Positions 45,803 to 60,399 of a stretch of 64,000 bases of DNA are shown here, piece after piece. How positions within the stretch are numbered: the first letter of the stretch is position 1; the number at the start of each line of letters is the position of its first letter. The notes beneath the pieces are model-generated. The model had not been told where the DNA came from, searched no databases, and was given only the letters and a program-made list of their open reading frames with translations. Made by a program: the position numbers and the translations under genes. This DNA comes from Phyllobates terribilis (taxonomy: Eukaryota), in the NCBI RefSeq assembly GCF_046119375.1, contig NW_027362767.1, positions 434,868,001 through 434,932,000 on the forward strand, given 5' to 3'.

Positions 45803-48465
45803 GTGCTGGAGAGCACATGGTTATTACTGCGGTCTCACGCTCTGTCGTTAGCAGATATTAGTAGCCGCTGCTTCCATATATGTGAGATGACGACACGACC
45901 ACCAGCTCCTGCCATGTGCGTCGGTGTTTCCGTACCATGTGACAGGTGTGACCCCCGACCACATGAGTCCGGGGGCTTCTCCTCACAGTCAGGATCTCAT
46001 ACTCTTGTGTCTGAATCACTATGTGCTCAGCTGCGTGGTAACACTGACCGCCATGACGCCCCGGGCTGACGGTGACGGCGGCACGAACCCATGACCGGAG
46101 GGTCACCGTGGGTGGCCATACTGGATGTCACACAGCTTTCCCAGGACTTGACAGTAGAAGACATGTCCGTTGTGAGGTAAAGGCGCGGGATGATGGCAAA
46201 GAACATGGCAGGTCCGGGCAGGAGCAGAGAACAGCCGCACCCAGACCCCGGGCATCAGCTAAATCTCCTATTAACCCCATTACGAGAGCGAATTCCTGAT
46301 TGTCTGATGAGTGCAATAATCTCCCAGCGGGATCAGCGTTCTTATAGGCGGCACATTGTAACAGATCCCCACCGCTGCCTCCTGTCGGCGCCGTTCATGG
46401 AGTTCTCCAGAGATCCGGGCCGCACAACGGCGCAGACGTAAGCCCTTCCACCTCGTAAACCGTGGCGTATGACATCATCGCTGACATCGCAGAACGAGGC
46501 CTTGTGATTGGACAATAGGAAGAGGAACACGAGACGCTGCGGCCGCAAACCCACCTGCAGCAAGAAAATATCCGGACGTGAGGCCGCTGCGCCCGACGGG
46601 GTCTGATGTCCCCATAGCCAAAACTAATAAACATGTTCTGCAGCCGTCCACATCACAGCCCACAAATAGTCGCTGACCGCCACGAGTCTCTGACAAGCCC
46701 TGCTGTAATTACCTTCCTGGCATCACTGCGATGATGTCTGACGATGAGGAGCTTCCCGGCAGCAAGGCCTCAAGTACGGGGTCGTATTACGTAACAGGGC
46801 GGCCATAGGGCCCGGAGACATCCACTCGCGCTCAGAGAGTCCTCAATTTTTCCGGCTCAATCTGACGAAAAGGGAATTTGTTCTATCCAAAAATATAGTG
46901 TTTTGAAAAAGTCTTCACACCCCGTGACCTTTTCCTTATTTTTTCACGTTACACCCAGAAACCTAAATGTATTTTTTATTGGGATTTCATGTGATACCAA
47001 CACAAAGTAGCAAGTATTTGTGAAGTGTAGAGGAAATGATACAAGGTTTTCTAATTATTTTAAAAATATAAATCTTATAATTGTTCTGTGCATTTGTATT
47101 CAGCCCCCTGTAGTTTGATGCCCCTAAATAAAATCCTGAGTGACCGATCGCCTCCAAAACTCACATAATTAGTACATTGCATCCACCTGGGTGTGATTTC
47201 TTCTCAGTATAACTACAGCTGTTCTCTGAAGGCCTCAGAGGTTTATGTGAGAATATCAGGGATCAAACATCATCATGAAAACCAAGGAGCCCACCAGACA
47301 GGTCAGGGATAAAGCTGAAAACCAAGGAGCCCACCAGACAGGTCAGGGATAAAGCTGAAAACCAAGGAGCCCACCAGATAGGTCAGGGATAAAGTGGTGG
47401 AAAAGAGTAAAGCAGGGTTAGGTTATAAAAAATAGCCTGAGCTCCGAACATCTTACTGAGCACTGTGCAATCAATCATCCAAAAATGGAAGGAGTATGGC
47501 ACAACTGGAAATCTACCAAGACATGGCCGCCCACCTAACCTGACATCCCAAGCAAGGAGAGTACCAATTAGAGAAGCAGCCAAGAGGCCCATGGTCACTG
47601 GAGGAGCTGCCGAGATCCACAGCTCAGGGGGAGGGGGGGGGGTGAATCTGTCCACAGGACAACTATTAGTCATATACTCCACAAATCAGGCCTTTATGGA
47701 GCGGCAAGAAGAAAGATATATTTGAAAGTCATCAGAAGTCCCATTTGTAGTTGCAAAAAGCCATATAGAAGACACAGCCAGCATGTGGAAGAAGGGGCTC
47801 TGGTCAGAGGAGACCAAAGGAGAACTTTTTGGGCTAAATGCAAAATGCTACGTGTGGCGGAAAACTAACACTGCACATCACCCTGAAAACACCATCCCCA
47901 CCGTCACACATGGTGGTGGCAGCATCATGCTGTGGGGAAGCTCTTTTTCAGCAAGGGGCAGGGAAGCTGGTCAGAGTTGATGGGAAGATGGAAGGCGCTA
48001 AATACAGGATAATCCTGGAGGAAAACCTGTTAGAGGCTGCAAAAGACTTGAGACTGGGGTGTAGGTTCACCTTCCAGCAAGGTAACAACCCTAAACATCC
48101 TGCCAGAGCCACAATGGAGGGTTTAGATAAGAGCATATTCATGTGGGTGAACGGCGCAGTCACAGTCCAGACCCAAATCCCAGAGAACCTGTAACAAAAC
48201 GTGAAAACTGCTGATCACAGACATCTCCATCCAATCTCAAGGAGCGAGAGCGAGTGTGCAAAGCTGGAGAGCAGACCCCAAAAGACTGCAGCAGGAATGG
48301 CAGCGAAAGGTGGTCCTACAAAGTATTGACTACAGGGGGCTTAATACAAATGCACATCACAATATTCAGATTTATATTTTTAAAATTAGAAAACCCTGAA
48401 TCATTCATTTCCTTTACACTTCACAAATACTCGTTACTTTGTGTTGGTATCACAGAAATAATAAA

Positions 48466-49595
48466 AGGCCTCTTTCGCACGTCAGTATTTCTAGTACGTG
48501 TGGTGACACTGACACACGTAGACCCATTCAAAGGAATGGGTCTGCGCACATGTCAGTGTGTTTCCACGGACCGTGTGTCCGTGTGATCCACACATAGACA
48601 TGTCCATTTTTGGCTGGCAGCACGGATCACACGGACCCATTCAAGTCAATGGGTCTGTGTAAACACGTACCGCACACGGATGTCATCCATGTGACACGTA
48701 CCGTCACCTGGGAATCAGTGTACAGTTAGCGCTGCCCTCATCATAGTCCCCTGCCAGCGCTCCGATCAGCACCAGCAGGGGATAATGATGAGAGTCATAG
48801 TCTGCTCCCGGTGTCTCCACCTGTAAAAATAAAAATAAAATAAAAAAATCCATGTACTCACCTGTCCTAAGTGTCCCCCGCTGTAATCCTTGCGACCGCT
48901 AAGCAGAGGAGCCGTGGAGAATAACTTGCTGCAGCGAGCAGGCCCCGGAGCTGAGCTCAGCGAGCGGTGTCTTGTCACTCACTGAACGCAGCAGAAGGGC
49001 TGTGGAGTCGGTATAAAATTGACCGACTCCAACTCCTAAAATATATAATAAATTGGGCACAGTAGTACAATGCAGTTTGTTAGGAAAGTTCTGAAATGTC
49101 CTATAAATGTCTGTCCTATTCCTGATCTAAGGGTCTAGACTTTTAGCTGAGATGAATCTGTGCTACAGTAAATTTATCACTTAAACATGAGCCGTGTATG
49201 AGGGAGTCGTGGAGTCGGAGTCATGGAAATTGAGGAGTCATTCTCCCCGGCGTGAGCGGTCGCATGGATTACAGCGGGGGACATCTCTGGACAGGTGAGT
49301 ATATGGATTTTATTATTTTATTCTTATTTTTACAGATGGAGACACTAGGAGCAGATTACTACTCTCATCATTATCCCCTGCTGGTGCTGATCGCAGCGCC
49401 GGCAGAGGACTATGATGAGGGCAGCGTTCAGCACCTGGCTCTTGGGAACAGCGCTAATTGTACAGCTGATTCCCAAACGTTGGTACGTGTCACACTGATG
49501 CGGCACACGGTTGCCACACAGGTGTATACGGACATGGATTTCTCCAGTACGGGATTTTCCGGTACAGGAAATATCCGGATGTGTGAAACCCGCCT
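48466..49595. mobile_element. Large palindromic MITE (AGGC...GCCT termini; T2- or Harbinger-like, TSD not clean)
   Basis: Arms at about 48690-48900 and 49250-49490 are reverse complements (e.g. CAGCACCAGCAGGGGATAATGATGAGAGT vs ACTCTCATCATTATCCCCTGCTGGTGCTG). Confidence 0.75.
48995..49240. mobile_element. Truncated second copy of the hAT-type MITE seen at 5903-6233
   Basis: Shares long near-identical tracts (GACTCCAACTCCTAAAA...ATGTCCTATAAATGTCTGTCCTATTCCTGATCT...GAGATGAATCTGTGCT); the right TIR is missing. Confidence 0.85.
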
Positions 49596-49681
49596 AAGGT
49601 TGTAGGTGTAACGTGAAAAAATGTGGAAAAGTTCACAGGTATAAAGACTTTTTCAAGACATTGTAAGTACGGCAGGGAGAG

Positions 49682-49970
49682 GATGGCACAGCTGTACAGG
49701 GGGCCCTCCGCCATTACTACAGGGGCGAAACGGCCATGCAGGGGGCCCTCCGCCATTACTGCAGGGGCGGCACAGCCGTACAGGGGGCCCTCCGCCATTG
49801 CTGCAGGGGCGGCACAGCCGTACAGGGGGCCCTCCGCCATTACTGCAGGGGTGGCACAGCCGTACAGGGGGCCCTCCGCTATTACTACAGGGGCGAAACG
49901 GCCATACAGGGGGCCCTCCGCCATTACAGTAGGGGCGGCACAGCCATACAGGTGGTCCTCCGCCATCGTT
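49682..49970. repeat. 42-bp tandem repeat (about 7 copies)
   Basis: Unit CAGCCGTACAGGGGGCCCTCCGCCATTACTGCAGGGGCGGCA. Confidence 0.9.
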
Positions 49971-52900
49971 ATGGGCCGGTCCTCCAGGACGTATGTGACT
50001 GGCGCAGGAAGGTGGAGATAATCCAGACAGGTCAGGTCTCATTACAGCAGAACTGACAGAACAGGATGTGACAATAGGAACAATGGAGATTCTAGTGTTG
50101 ATGACGACACTCCACATGAAAGGAATTAAAGGGGAAGCGCTCCCTCCTGACACCTGCGCTCCCTCATTTATAAATCCTCAACCCGTCACCACTGAGATAG
50201 CCGAGGTCACACTGTGGCCTGTAGTATAGAATACAGTACACCCCACCATACATCATGTGTGCGCTGTGTATACGGTATGGTGGGTAGTTTGCTTGTTTTG
50301 TTATTTTATACCGTACACGGTCTTATCGTCATTTTTTTTTTTCATGAAACTGGACCAGCCCTTCAAGTCGTGCTTACAGAGCTGAGGGTTTGTTACAATG
50401 TATCACCTGGGAGGTATACACACACGTGTTCACGCCTTATGGCCACTCTGTGATTTTCTAAGTGCAGCAGCTCCTGCAGGTGCCAAGATATATGCAAACA
50501 GCGAATGTCAATATAAGTGCTATTCGAGGGTGTAGGGTCAGTGCCGGGCGAGGTCACAAGACGTGTCCGCCCGTCAGTAAGTGACGCAGTGTGAGGATAT
50601 CCACAGGCGATGGCGCCTCCGCCCGCTGCAGCTTATAGGATCTGATGCAACCGCCGGCTCGGTTACAGGATCCGCGCCCTGGTGCTGAGCAGCCGCCATC
50701 TCTTCCCAGAGACCGGGCACTGATCACCGGGAGGAGGACAGCAATGATCATAGAGGAAAGGGGCAGCACCAGCAGGTGCCTGGTATTCTGCCAACAAAAT
50801 GTCACATGTGACAGGGGGGCAGAGAGTATCAGTTACAATAGTGTCGCCCAGATGTCAGGATTAACCCGTCACCTGCTGCTTGTCACACAACTGGAGCTGA
50901 AACAGTTATAGAATGGTCAGAAAGAACGCAGAACACAAGGAGCCATTATATTGTAACCAAGAAGTCTGCAAACTCATCTTCACTCAATAAACAGAAGATG
51001 CCGAGTCACCGTTATACCACAACCCGAGGAAAAGCGATCAGTCACCAACGGAGGACAAGAGGAGAACCCTCATCATCCTGAGACCTCCCTAAACCACTTC
51101 TAGCCATGTACATAGGGGGCAGCATTATAGTAGTTCTATTCTTGTACATAGGGGGCAGTATTATAGTAGTTATATTCTTGGGCATAGGGGGCAGTATTAT
51201 AGTAGTTATATTCCTGTACATAGGGGGCAGCATTATAGTAGTTCTATTCTTGTACATAGGGGGCAGTATTATAGTAGTTATATTCTTGTACATAGGGAGC
51301 AGTATTATAGTAGTTATATTCTTGTACATAGGGGGCAGTATTATAGTAGTTATATTCTTGTACATAGGAGGCAGTATTATAGCAGTTATATTCTTGTACA
51401 TAGGAGGCAGTATTATAGTAGTTCTATTCTTGGGCATAGGGGCAGTATTATAGTAGGTATATTCTTGTACATAGAGGCAGTATTATAGTAGTTATATTCT
51501 TGTACATAGGGGGCAGTATTATAGTAGTTCTATTCTTGTACATAGGGGGCAGTATTATAGTAGTTATATTCTTGTACATAGGAGGCAGTATTATAGCAGT
51601 TATATTCTTGTACATAGGGGCAGTATTATAGTAGTTATATTCTTGTACATAGGAGGCAGTATTATAGCAGTTCTATTCTTGTACATAAGGGGCAGTATTA
51701 TAGTAGTTATATTCTTGTACATAGAAGGCAGTATTATAGCAGTTATATTCTTGTACATAGGGGGCAGTATTATAGTAGTTATATTCTTGTACATAGGAGC
51801 AGTATTATAGTAGTTATATTCTTGTATGTAGGAGCAGTATTATAGTAGTTATATTCTTGTACATAGGGGCAGTATTATAGTAGTTCTATTCTTGGGCATA
51901 GGGGGCAGTATTATAGTAGTTCTATTCTTGGGCATAGGGAGCAGTATTATAGTAGTTCTATTCTTGGGCATAGGGGGCAGTATTATAGTAGTTCTATTCT
52001 TGGGCATAGGGAGCAGTATTATAGTAGTTCTATTCTTGGGCATAGGGAGCAGTATTATAGTAGTTCTATTCTTGGGCATAGGGGGCAGTATTATAGTAGT
52101 TCTATTCTTGGACATAGGGGGCAGCATTATAGTAGTTCTATTCTTGGACATAGGGGGCAGCATTATAGTAGTTATATTCTTGTACATAGGGGGCAGTATT
52201 ATAGTAGTTCTATTCTTGTACATAGGGGTCAGTATTATAGTAGTTCTATTCTTGGGCATAGGGGGCAGTATTATAGTAGTTATATTCTTGGACACAGGGG
52301 GCAGTATTATAGTAGTTCTATTCTTGGGCATAGGGGGCAGTATTATAGTAGTTCTATTCTTGGGCATAGGGGCAGTATTATAGTAGTTCTATTATTGGGC
52401 ATAGGGGTCAGTATTATAGTAGTTATATTCTTGTACATAGGGGTCAGTATTATAGTAGTTATATTCTTGTACATAGGGGTCAGTATTATAGTAGTTATAT
52501 TCTTGTACATAGGGGTCAGTATTATAGTAGTTATATTCTTGTACATAGGGGTCAGTATTATAGTAGTTCTATTCTTGGGCATAGGGGGCAGTATTATAGT
52601 AGTTCTATTCTTGGGCATAGGGGGCAGCATTATAGTAGGTCTATTCTTGTACATAGGGGTCAGTATTATAGTAGTTATATTCTTGCACATAGGGGTCAGT
52701 ATTATAGTAGTTACATTCTTGTACATAGGGGTCAGTATTATAGTAGTTACATTCTTGTACATAGGGGTCAGTATTATAGTAGTTCTATTCTTGGGCATAG
52801 GGGGCAGTATTATAGTAGTTCTATTCTTGGGCATAGGGGCAGTATTATAGTAGTTCTATTCTTGGGCATAGGGGGTAGTATTATAGTAGTTCTATTCTTG

Positions 52901-55285
52901 GGCATAGGGGCAGTATTATAGTAGCTATATTCTTGGGCAGAGGGGCAGTATTATAGTAGTTCTATTCTTGGGCATAGGGGGCAGTATTATAGTAGTTCTA
53001 TTCTTGGGCATAGGGGCAGTATTATAGTAGTTCTATTCTTGGGCATAGGGGTCAGTATTATAGTAGTTCTAGTCTTGGGCATAGGGGGCAGCATTATAGT
53101 AGTTATATTCTTGTACATAGGGGGCAGCATTATAGTAGTTATATTCTTGTACATAGGGGGCAGCATTATAGTAGTTCTATTCTTGTACATAGGGGGCAGC
53201 ATTATAGTAGTTATATTCTTGGACATAGGGAGCAGTATTATAGTAGTTCTATTCTTGGGCATAGGGGGCAGTATTATAGTAGTTCTATTCTTGTACATAG
53301 GGGGCAGCATTATAGTAGTTCTATTCTTGTACATAGGGGGCAGCATTATAGTAGTTCTATTCTTGGACATAGGGGGCAGCATTATAGTAGTTCTATTCTT
53401 GGATATAGGGAGCAGTAATATAGTAGTTCTATTCTTGGGCATAGGGGGGCAGTATTATAGTAGTTCTATTCTTGGGCATAGGGGGGTAGTATTATAGTAA
53501 TTCTATTCTTGGGCATAGGGGCAGTATTACAGTAGTTCTATTCTTGGGCATAGGGGGCAGTATTATAGTAGTTCTATTCTTGGGCATAGGGGGCAGTATT
53601 ATAGTAGTTCTATTCTTGGGCATAGGGGGCAGTATTATAGTAGTTCTATTCTTGGGCATAGGGGGCAGTATTATAGTAGCTCTATTCTTGGGCATAGAGG
53701 CAGTATTATAGTAGTTCTATTCTTGGGCATAGGGGGCAGTATTATAGTAGTTCTATTCTTGGGCATAGCGGGCAGTATTATAGTAGTTCTATTCTTGGGC
53801 ATAGGGGGCAGTATTATAGTAGTTCTATTCTTGTACATAGGGGGCAGCATTATAGTAGTTCTATTCTTGGACATAGGGAGCAGTATTATAGTAGCTCTAT
53901 TCTTGGGCATAGGGGGCAGTATTATAGTAGTTCTATTCTTGTACATAGGGGGCAGCATTATAATAGTTCTATTCTTGTACATAGGGGGCAGCATTATAGT
54001 AGTTCTATTCTTGTACATAGGGGGCAGCATTATAGTAGTTCTATTCTTGGACATAGGGAGCAGTAATATAGTAGTTCTATTCTTGGGCATAGGGGGCAGT
54101 ATTATAGTAGTTCTATTCTTGGGCATAGGGGGCAGTATTATAGTAGTTCTATTCTTGGGCATAGGGACAGTATTATAGTAGTTCTATTCTTGGGCATAGG
54201 GGGCAGTATTATAGTAGTTCTATTCTTGGGCATAGGGGCAGTATTATAGTAGTTCTATTCTTGGGCATAGGGGGCAGTATTATAGTAGTTCTATTCTTGG
54301 GCATAGGGGGCAGTATTATAGTAGTTCTATTCTTGGGCATAGGGGGCAGTATTATAGTAGTTCTATTCTTGGGCATAGAGGCAGTATTATAGTAGTTCTA
54401 TTCTTGGGCATAGGGGGCAGTATTATAGTAGTTCTATTCTTGGGCATAGGGGGCAGTATTATAGTAGTTCTATTCTTGGGCATAGGGGGCAGTATTATAG
54501 TAGTTCTATTCTTGGGCATAGGGGGCAGTATTATAGTAGTTCTATTCTTGGGCATAGGGGGCAGTATTATAGTAGTTCTATTCTTGGGCATAGGGGGCAG
54601 TATTATAGTAGTTCTATTCTTGGGCATAGAGGCAGTATTATAGTAGTTCTATTCTTGGGCATAGGGTGCAGTATTATAGTAGTTCTATTCTTGGGCATAG
54701 GGGGCAGTATTATAGTAGTTCTATTCTTGGGCATAGGGGGCAGTATTATAGTAGTTCTATTCTTGGGCATAGGGGCAGTATTATAGTAGTTCTATTCTTG
54801 GGCATAGGGGGCAGTATTATAGTAGTTCTATTCTTGGGCATAGGGGCAGTATTATAGTAGTTCTAGTCTTGGGCATAGGGGTCATTATTATAGTAGTTCT
54901 AGTCTTGGGCATAGGGGTCAGTATTATAGTAGTTCTATTCTTGGACAAAGGAGGCAGTATTATAGTAGTTATATTGTACATAGGGGCAGTATTATAGTAG
55001 TTATATTCTTGTACATAGGGGCAGTATTATAGTAGTTCTATTCTTGGGCATAGGGGGCAGTATTATAGTAGTTCTATTCTTGGATATAGGGGGCAGCATT
55101 ATAGTGGTTCTATTCTTGGCCATAGGGGGCAGTATTATAGTAGTTCTATTCTTGGGCATAGGGGGCAGCATTATAGTAGTTCTATTCTTGGGCATAGGGG
55201 CAGTATTATAGTAGTTCTATTCCTGGACATAGGGGGCAGCATTATAGTGGTTCTATTCTTGGGCATAGGGGCAGTATTATAGTAG

Positions 55286-55953
55286 TGTAATGCAGCGGCT
55301 TGCGGCATTACTGTAATGGTCCAGGGTGTGTTTTGGCCGACCATGTACCTCCCCCTCAGGTGACTGGTCACATGACTGTGACATCGCACAAGTCCTGTGC
55401 ATACAGAAGGTCTGATCACATGACTGTGACATCAGCACAGGTCCTGTGTGTGCACTAGAGGATACATAAACCCTGGTAGATTTGAGACAGGTGTTTAAGG
55501 CGTGAGGCCTGTTCCCGTGTGGGACACCGTTAGCCTGGTGAGGCCTGAAAGGCAGAGGCTGGATGTTAGGTGTGTAAACATACCAGTAGCCTTTGAAGGT
55601 ACGAGGGCTGGAGACCCCATCTGGGAAGCCGTAAAGCCACAGCGGTGGCAGAACAAACCTGAAGCAGCTAAAACCCGGCAAAGGTATAAACACTGATTGA
55701 TGTGGACATTTATGTTGTTGCCTTGCTGAAGGCTGTATCTGGAGCCAAGTGGACATATCTGTCACTGGAAAGGCTCTTGGACACTATATGTGTGTGATAT
55801 GTCGGCGAGCCACTGAGATGGACTCAGTTAGAAGCAGGTATGAAGTATAATAAACTGCTGGATTGTGAAATACCGGAAAGGTGTTGCCTGGTGTGCTTTA
55901 ATTGACCCGGTGCAGCGAGTGTCCCCCAGCATGATGACTAGCGCTGCCTTACA
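55286..55953. mobile_element. Solo LTR (668 bp), probably Ty3/Gypsy-type, copy 1
   Basis: TGTAATGCAGCG...CGCTGCCTTACA termini (TG...CA with a short inverted repeat), 4-bp TSD GTAG on both sides, internal AATAAA, no coding capacity. Confidence 0.8.
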
Positions 55954-58900
55954 GTAGTTATATTGTACATAGGGGCAGTATTATAGTAGTTTTATTCTTG
56001 TACATAGGGGTAGTATTATAGTAGTTATATTCTTGTACATAGGGGCAGTATTATAGTAATTATATTCTTGTACATAGGGGACAGTATTATAGTAGTTATA
56101 TTCTTGTACACAGGGGGTTGTATTATAGTAGTTATATTCTTGTACATAGGGACAGTATTATAGTAGTTATATTCTTGTACATAGGGGCAGTATTATAGTA
56201 GTTATATTCTTGTACATAGGAGCAGTATTATAGTAGTTATATTCCTGTACATAGGAGCAGTATTATAGTAGTTATATTCTTGTACATAGGAGCAGTATTA
56301 TAGTAGTTATATTCTCGTACATAGGGTCAGTATTATAGTAGTTATATTCTTGTACATAGGGGGCAGTATTATAGTGGTTATATTCTTGTACATAGGAGCA
56401 GTATTATAGTAGTTATATTCTCGTACATAGGGTCAGTATTATAGTAGTTATATTCTTGTACATAGGAGCAGTATTATAGTAGTTATATTCTCGTACATAG
56501 GAGCAGTATTATAGTAGTTATATTCTCGTACATAGGAGGCAGTATTATAGTAGTTATATTCTCGTACATAGGAGCAGTATTATAGTAGTTATATTCTCGT
56601 ACATAGGAGCAGTATTATAGTAGTTATATTCTCGTACATAGGACCAGTATTATAGTAGTTATATTCTTGTACATAGGAGCAGTATTACAGTAGTTATATT
56701 CTTGTACATAGGGGGCAGTATTATAGTAGTTATATTCTTGTACATATGAGCAGTATTATAGTAGTTATATTCTTGTACATAGGAGCAGTATTATAGTAGT
56801 TATATTCTTGTACATAGGAGCAGTATTACAGTAGTTATATTCTTGTACATAGGGGGCAGTATTATAGTAGTTATATTCTTGTACATAGGAGCAGTATTAT
56901 AGTAGTTATATTCTCGTACATAGGAGCAGTATTATAGTAGTTATATTCTCGTACATAGGAGGCAGTATTATAGTAGTTATATTCTCGTACATAGGAGCAG
57001 TATTATAGTAGTTATATTCTCGTACATAGGAGCAGTATTATAGTAGTTATATTCTCGTACATAGGAGCAGTATTATAGTAGTTATATTCTTGTACATAGG
57101 AGCAGTATTATAGTAGTTATATTCTTGTACATAGGAGCAGTATTACAGTAGTTATATTCTTGTACATAGGGGGCAGTATTATAGTAGTTATATTCTTGGG
57201 TATAGGGGGCAGCATTATAGTAGTTCTATTCTTGCACATAGGGGGCAGTAATATAGTAGTTATATTCTTGTACATAGGAGGCAGTATTATAGTAGTTATA
57301 TTCTGGTACATAGGGGCAATATTATAGTAGTTATATTCTTGTACATAGGGGCAGTATTATAGTAGTTATATTCTTGTACATAGGGGGCAGTATTGTAGTA
57401 GTTATATTCTTGTACATAGGCAGCAGTATTATAGTAGTTATATTCTTGTATATAGGGGGCAGTATTATAGTAGTTATATTCTGGTACATAGGGGCAATAT
57501 TATAGTAGTTATATTCTTGTACATAGGGGCAGTATTATAGTAGTTATATTCTTGTATATAGGGGGCAGTATTATAGTAGTTATATTCTTGTACATAGGAG
57601 CAGTATTATAGTAGTTATATTTTTGTATATAGGGGCAGTATTATAGTAGTTATATTCTTGTACATAGGAGGCAGTATTATAGTAGTTATATTCTTGTATA
57701 TAGGGGGCAGTATTATAATAGTTATATTCTTGTACATAGGAGCAGTATTATAGTAGTTATATTCTTGTATATAGGGGGCAGTATTATAGTAGTTATATTC
57801 TTGTACATAGGGGCAGTATTATATTAGTTATATTCTTGTACATAGGGGGCAGTATTATAGTAGTTATATTCTTGTACATAGGGGGCAGTATAATAGTAGT
57901 TATATTCTTGTACATAGGGGCAGTATTATAGTAGTTATATTCTTGTATATAGGGGTCAGTATTATAGTAGTTATATTCTTGTACATAGGGGCAGTATTAT
58001 AGTAGTTATATTCTTGTACATAGGGGGCAGTATTATAGTAGTTATATTCTTGTACATAGTGGCAGTATTATAGTAGTTATATTCCTGTACATAGGAGCAG
58101 TATTATAGTAGTTATATTCTTGCACATAGGAGCAGTATTATAGTAGTTATATTCTTGTATATAGGGGGCAGTATTATAGTAGTTATATTCTTGTACATAG
58201 GAGGCAGTATTATAGTAGTTATATTCTTGTACATAGGAGCAGTATTATAGTAGTTATATTCTTGTATATAGGGGGCAGTATTATAGTAGGTATATTCTTG
58301 TATATAGGGGGCAGTATTATAGTAGTTATATTCTTGTATATAGGGGGCAGTATTATAGTAGTTATATTCTTGTATATAGGGGGCAGTATTATAGTAGTTC
58401 TATTCTTGTACATAGGGGGCAGCATTATAGTAGTTCTATTCTTGTACATAGGGGGCAGCATTATAGTAGTTCTATTCTTGGACATAGGGGGCAGCATTAT
58501 AGTAGTTCTATTCTTGGATATAGGGAGCAGTAATATAGTAGTTCTATTCTTGGGCATAGGGGGGCAGTATTATAGTAGTTCTATTCTTGGGCATAGGGGG
58601 GTAGTATTATAGTAATTCTATTCTTGGGCATAGGGGCAGTATTACAGTAGTTCTATTCTTGGGCATAGGAGGCAGTATTATAGTAGTTCTATTCTTGGGC
58701 ATAGGGGGCAGTATTATAGTAGTTCTATTCTTGGGCATAGGGGGCAGTATTATAGTAGTTCTATTCTTGGGCATAGGGGGCAGTATTATAGTAGCTCTAT
58801 TCTTGGGCATAGAGGCAGTATTATAGTAGTTCTATTCTTGGGCATAGGGGGCAGTATTATAGTAGTTCTATTCTTGGGCATAGGGGGCAGTATTATAGTA

Positions 58901-60399
58901 GTTCTATTCTTGGGCATAGGGGGCAGTATTATAGTAGTTCTATTCTTGAACATAGGGGGCAGCATTATAGTAGTTCTATTCTTGGACATAGGGAGCAGTA
59001 TTATAGTAGCTCTATTCTTGGGCATAGGGGGCAGTATTATAGTAGTTCTATTCTTGTACATAGGGGGCAGCATTATAGTAGTTCTATTCTTGTACATAGG
59101 GGGCAGCATTATAGTAGTTCTATTCTTGTACATAGGGGGCAGCATTATAGTAGTTCTATTCTTGGACATAGGGAGCAGTAATATAGTAGTTCTATTCTTG
59201 GGCATAGGGGGCAGTATTATAGTAGTTCTATTCTTGGGCATAGGGGGCAGTATTATAGTAGTTCTATTCTTGGGCATAGGGACAGTATTATAGTAGTTCT
59301 ATTCTTGGGCATAGGGGGCAGTATTATAGTAGTTCTATTCTTGGGCATAGGGGCAGTATTATAGTAGTTCTATTCTTGGGCATAGGGGGCAGTATTATAG
59401 TAGTTCTATTCTTGGGCATAGGGGGCAGTATTATAGTAGTTCTATTCTTGGGCATAGGGGGCAGTATTATAGTAGTTCTATTCTTGGGCATAGAGGCAGT
59501 ATTATAGTAGTTCTATTCTTGGGCATAGGGGGCAGTATTATAGTAGTTCTATTCTTGGGCATAGGGGGCAGTATTATAGTAGTTCTATTCTTGGGCATAG
59601 GGGGCAGTATTATAGTAGTTCTATTCTTGGGCATAGGGGGCAGTATTATAGTAGTTCTATTCTTGGGCATAGGGGGCAGTATTATAGTAGTTCTATTCTT
59701 GGACATAGGGGGCAGTATTATAGTAGTTCTATTCTTGGGCATAGAGGCAGTATTATAGTAGTTCTATTCTTGGGCATAGGGTGCAGTATTATAGTAGTTC
59801 TATTCTTGGGCATAGGGGGCAGTATTATAGTAGTTCTATTCTTGGGCATAGGGGGCAGTATTATAGTAGTTCTATTCTTGGGCATAGGGGCAGTATTATA
59901 GTAGTTCTATTCTTGGGCATAGGGGGCAGTATTATAGTAGTTCTATTCTTGGGCATAGGGGCAGTATTATAGTAGTTCTAGTCTTGGGCATAGGGGTCAT
60001 TATTATAGTAGTTCTAGTCTTGGGCATAGGGGTCAGTATTATAGTAGTTATATTCTTGTACATAGGAGCAGTATTATAGTAGTTATATTGTACATAGGGA
60101 CAGTATTATAGTAGTTATATTCTTGTACATAGGGGCAGTATTATAGTAGTTCTATTCTTGGGCATAGGGGGCAGTATTATAGTAGTTCTATTCTTGGATA
60201 TAGGGGGCAGCATTATAGTGGTTCTATTCTTGGCCATAGGGGGCAGTATTATAGTAGTTCTATTCTTGGGCATAGGGGGCAGCATTATAGTAGTTCTATT
60301 CTTGGGCATAGGGGCAGTATTATAGTAGTTCTATTCCTGGACATAGGGGGCAGCATTATAGTGGTTCTATTCTTGGGCATAGGGGCAGTATTATAGTAG

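Larger units (their letters stand above)
46896..49663 (+). mobile_element. Decayed Tc1-like element whose right TIR is split by nested MITEs
   Basis: The left end TA|TAGTGTTTTGAAAAAGTCTTCACACCCC matches the right end ...GACTTTTTCAAGACATTG|TA. Transposase fragments on + (IIQKWKEYGTTGNLPRHGRPP; LWSEETK; FQQGNNPKH) have degenerate catalytic motifs. A 40-bp triplication lies at 47277-47394. Confidence 0.85.
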
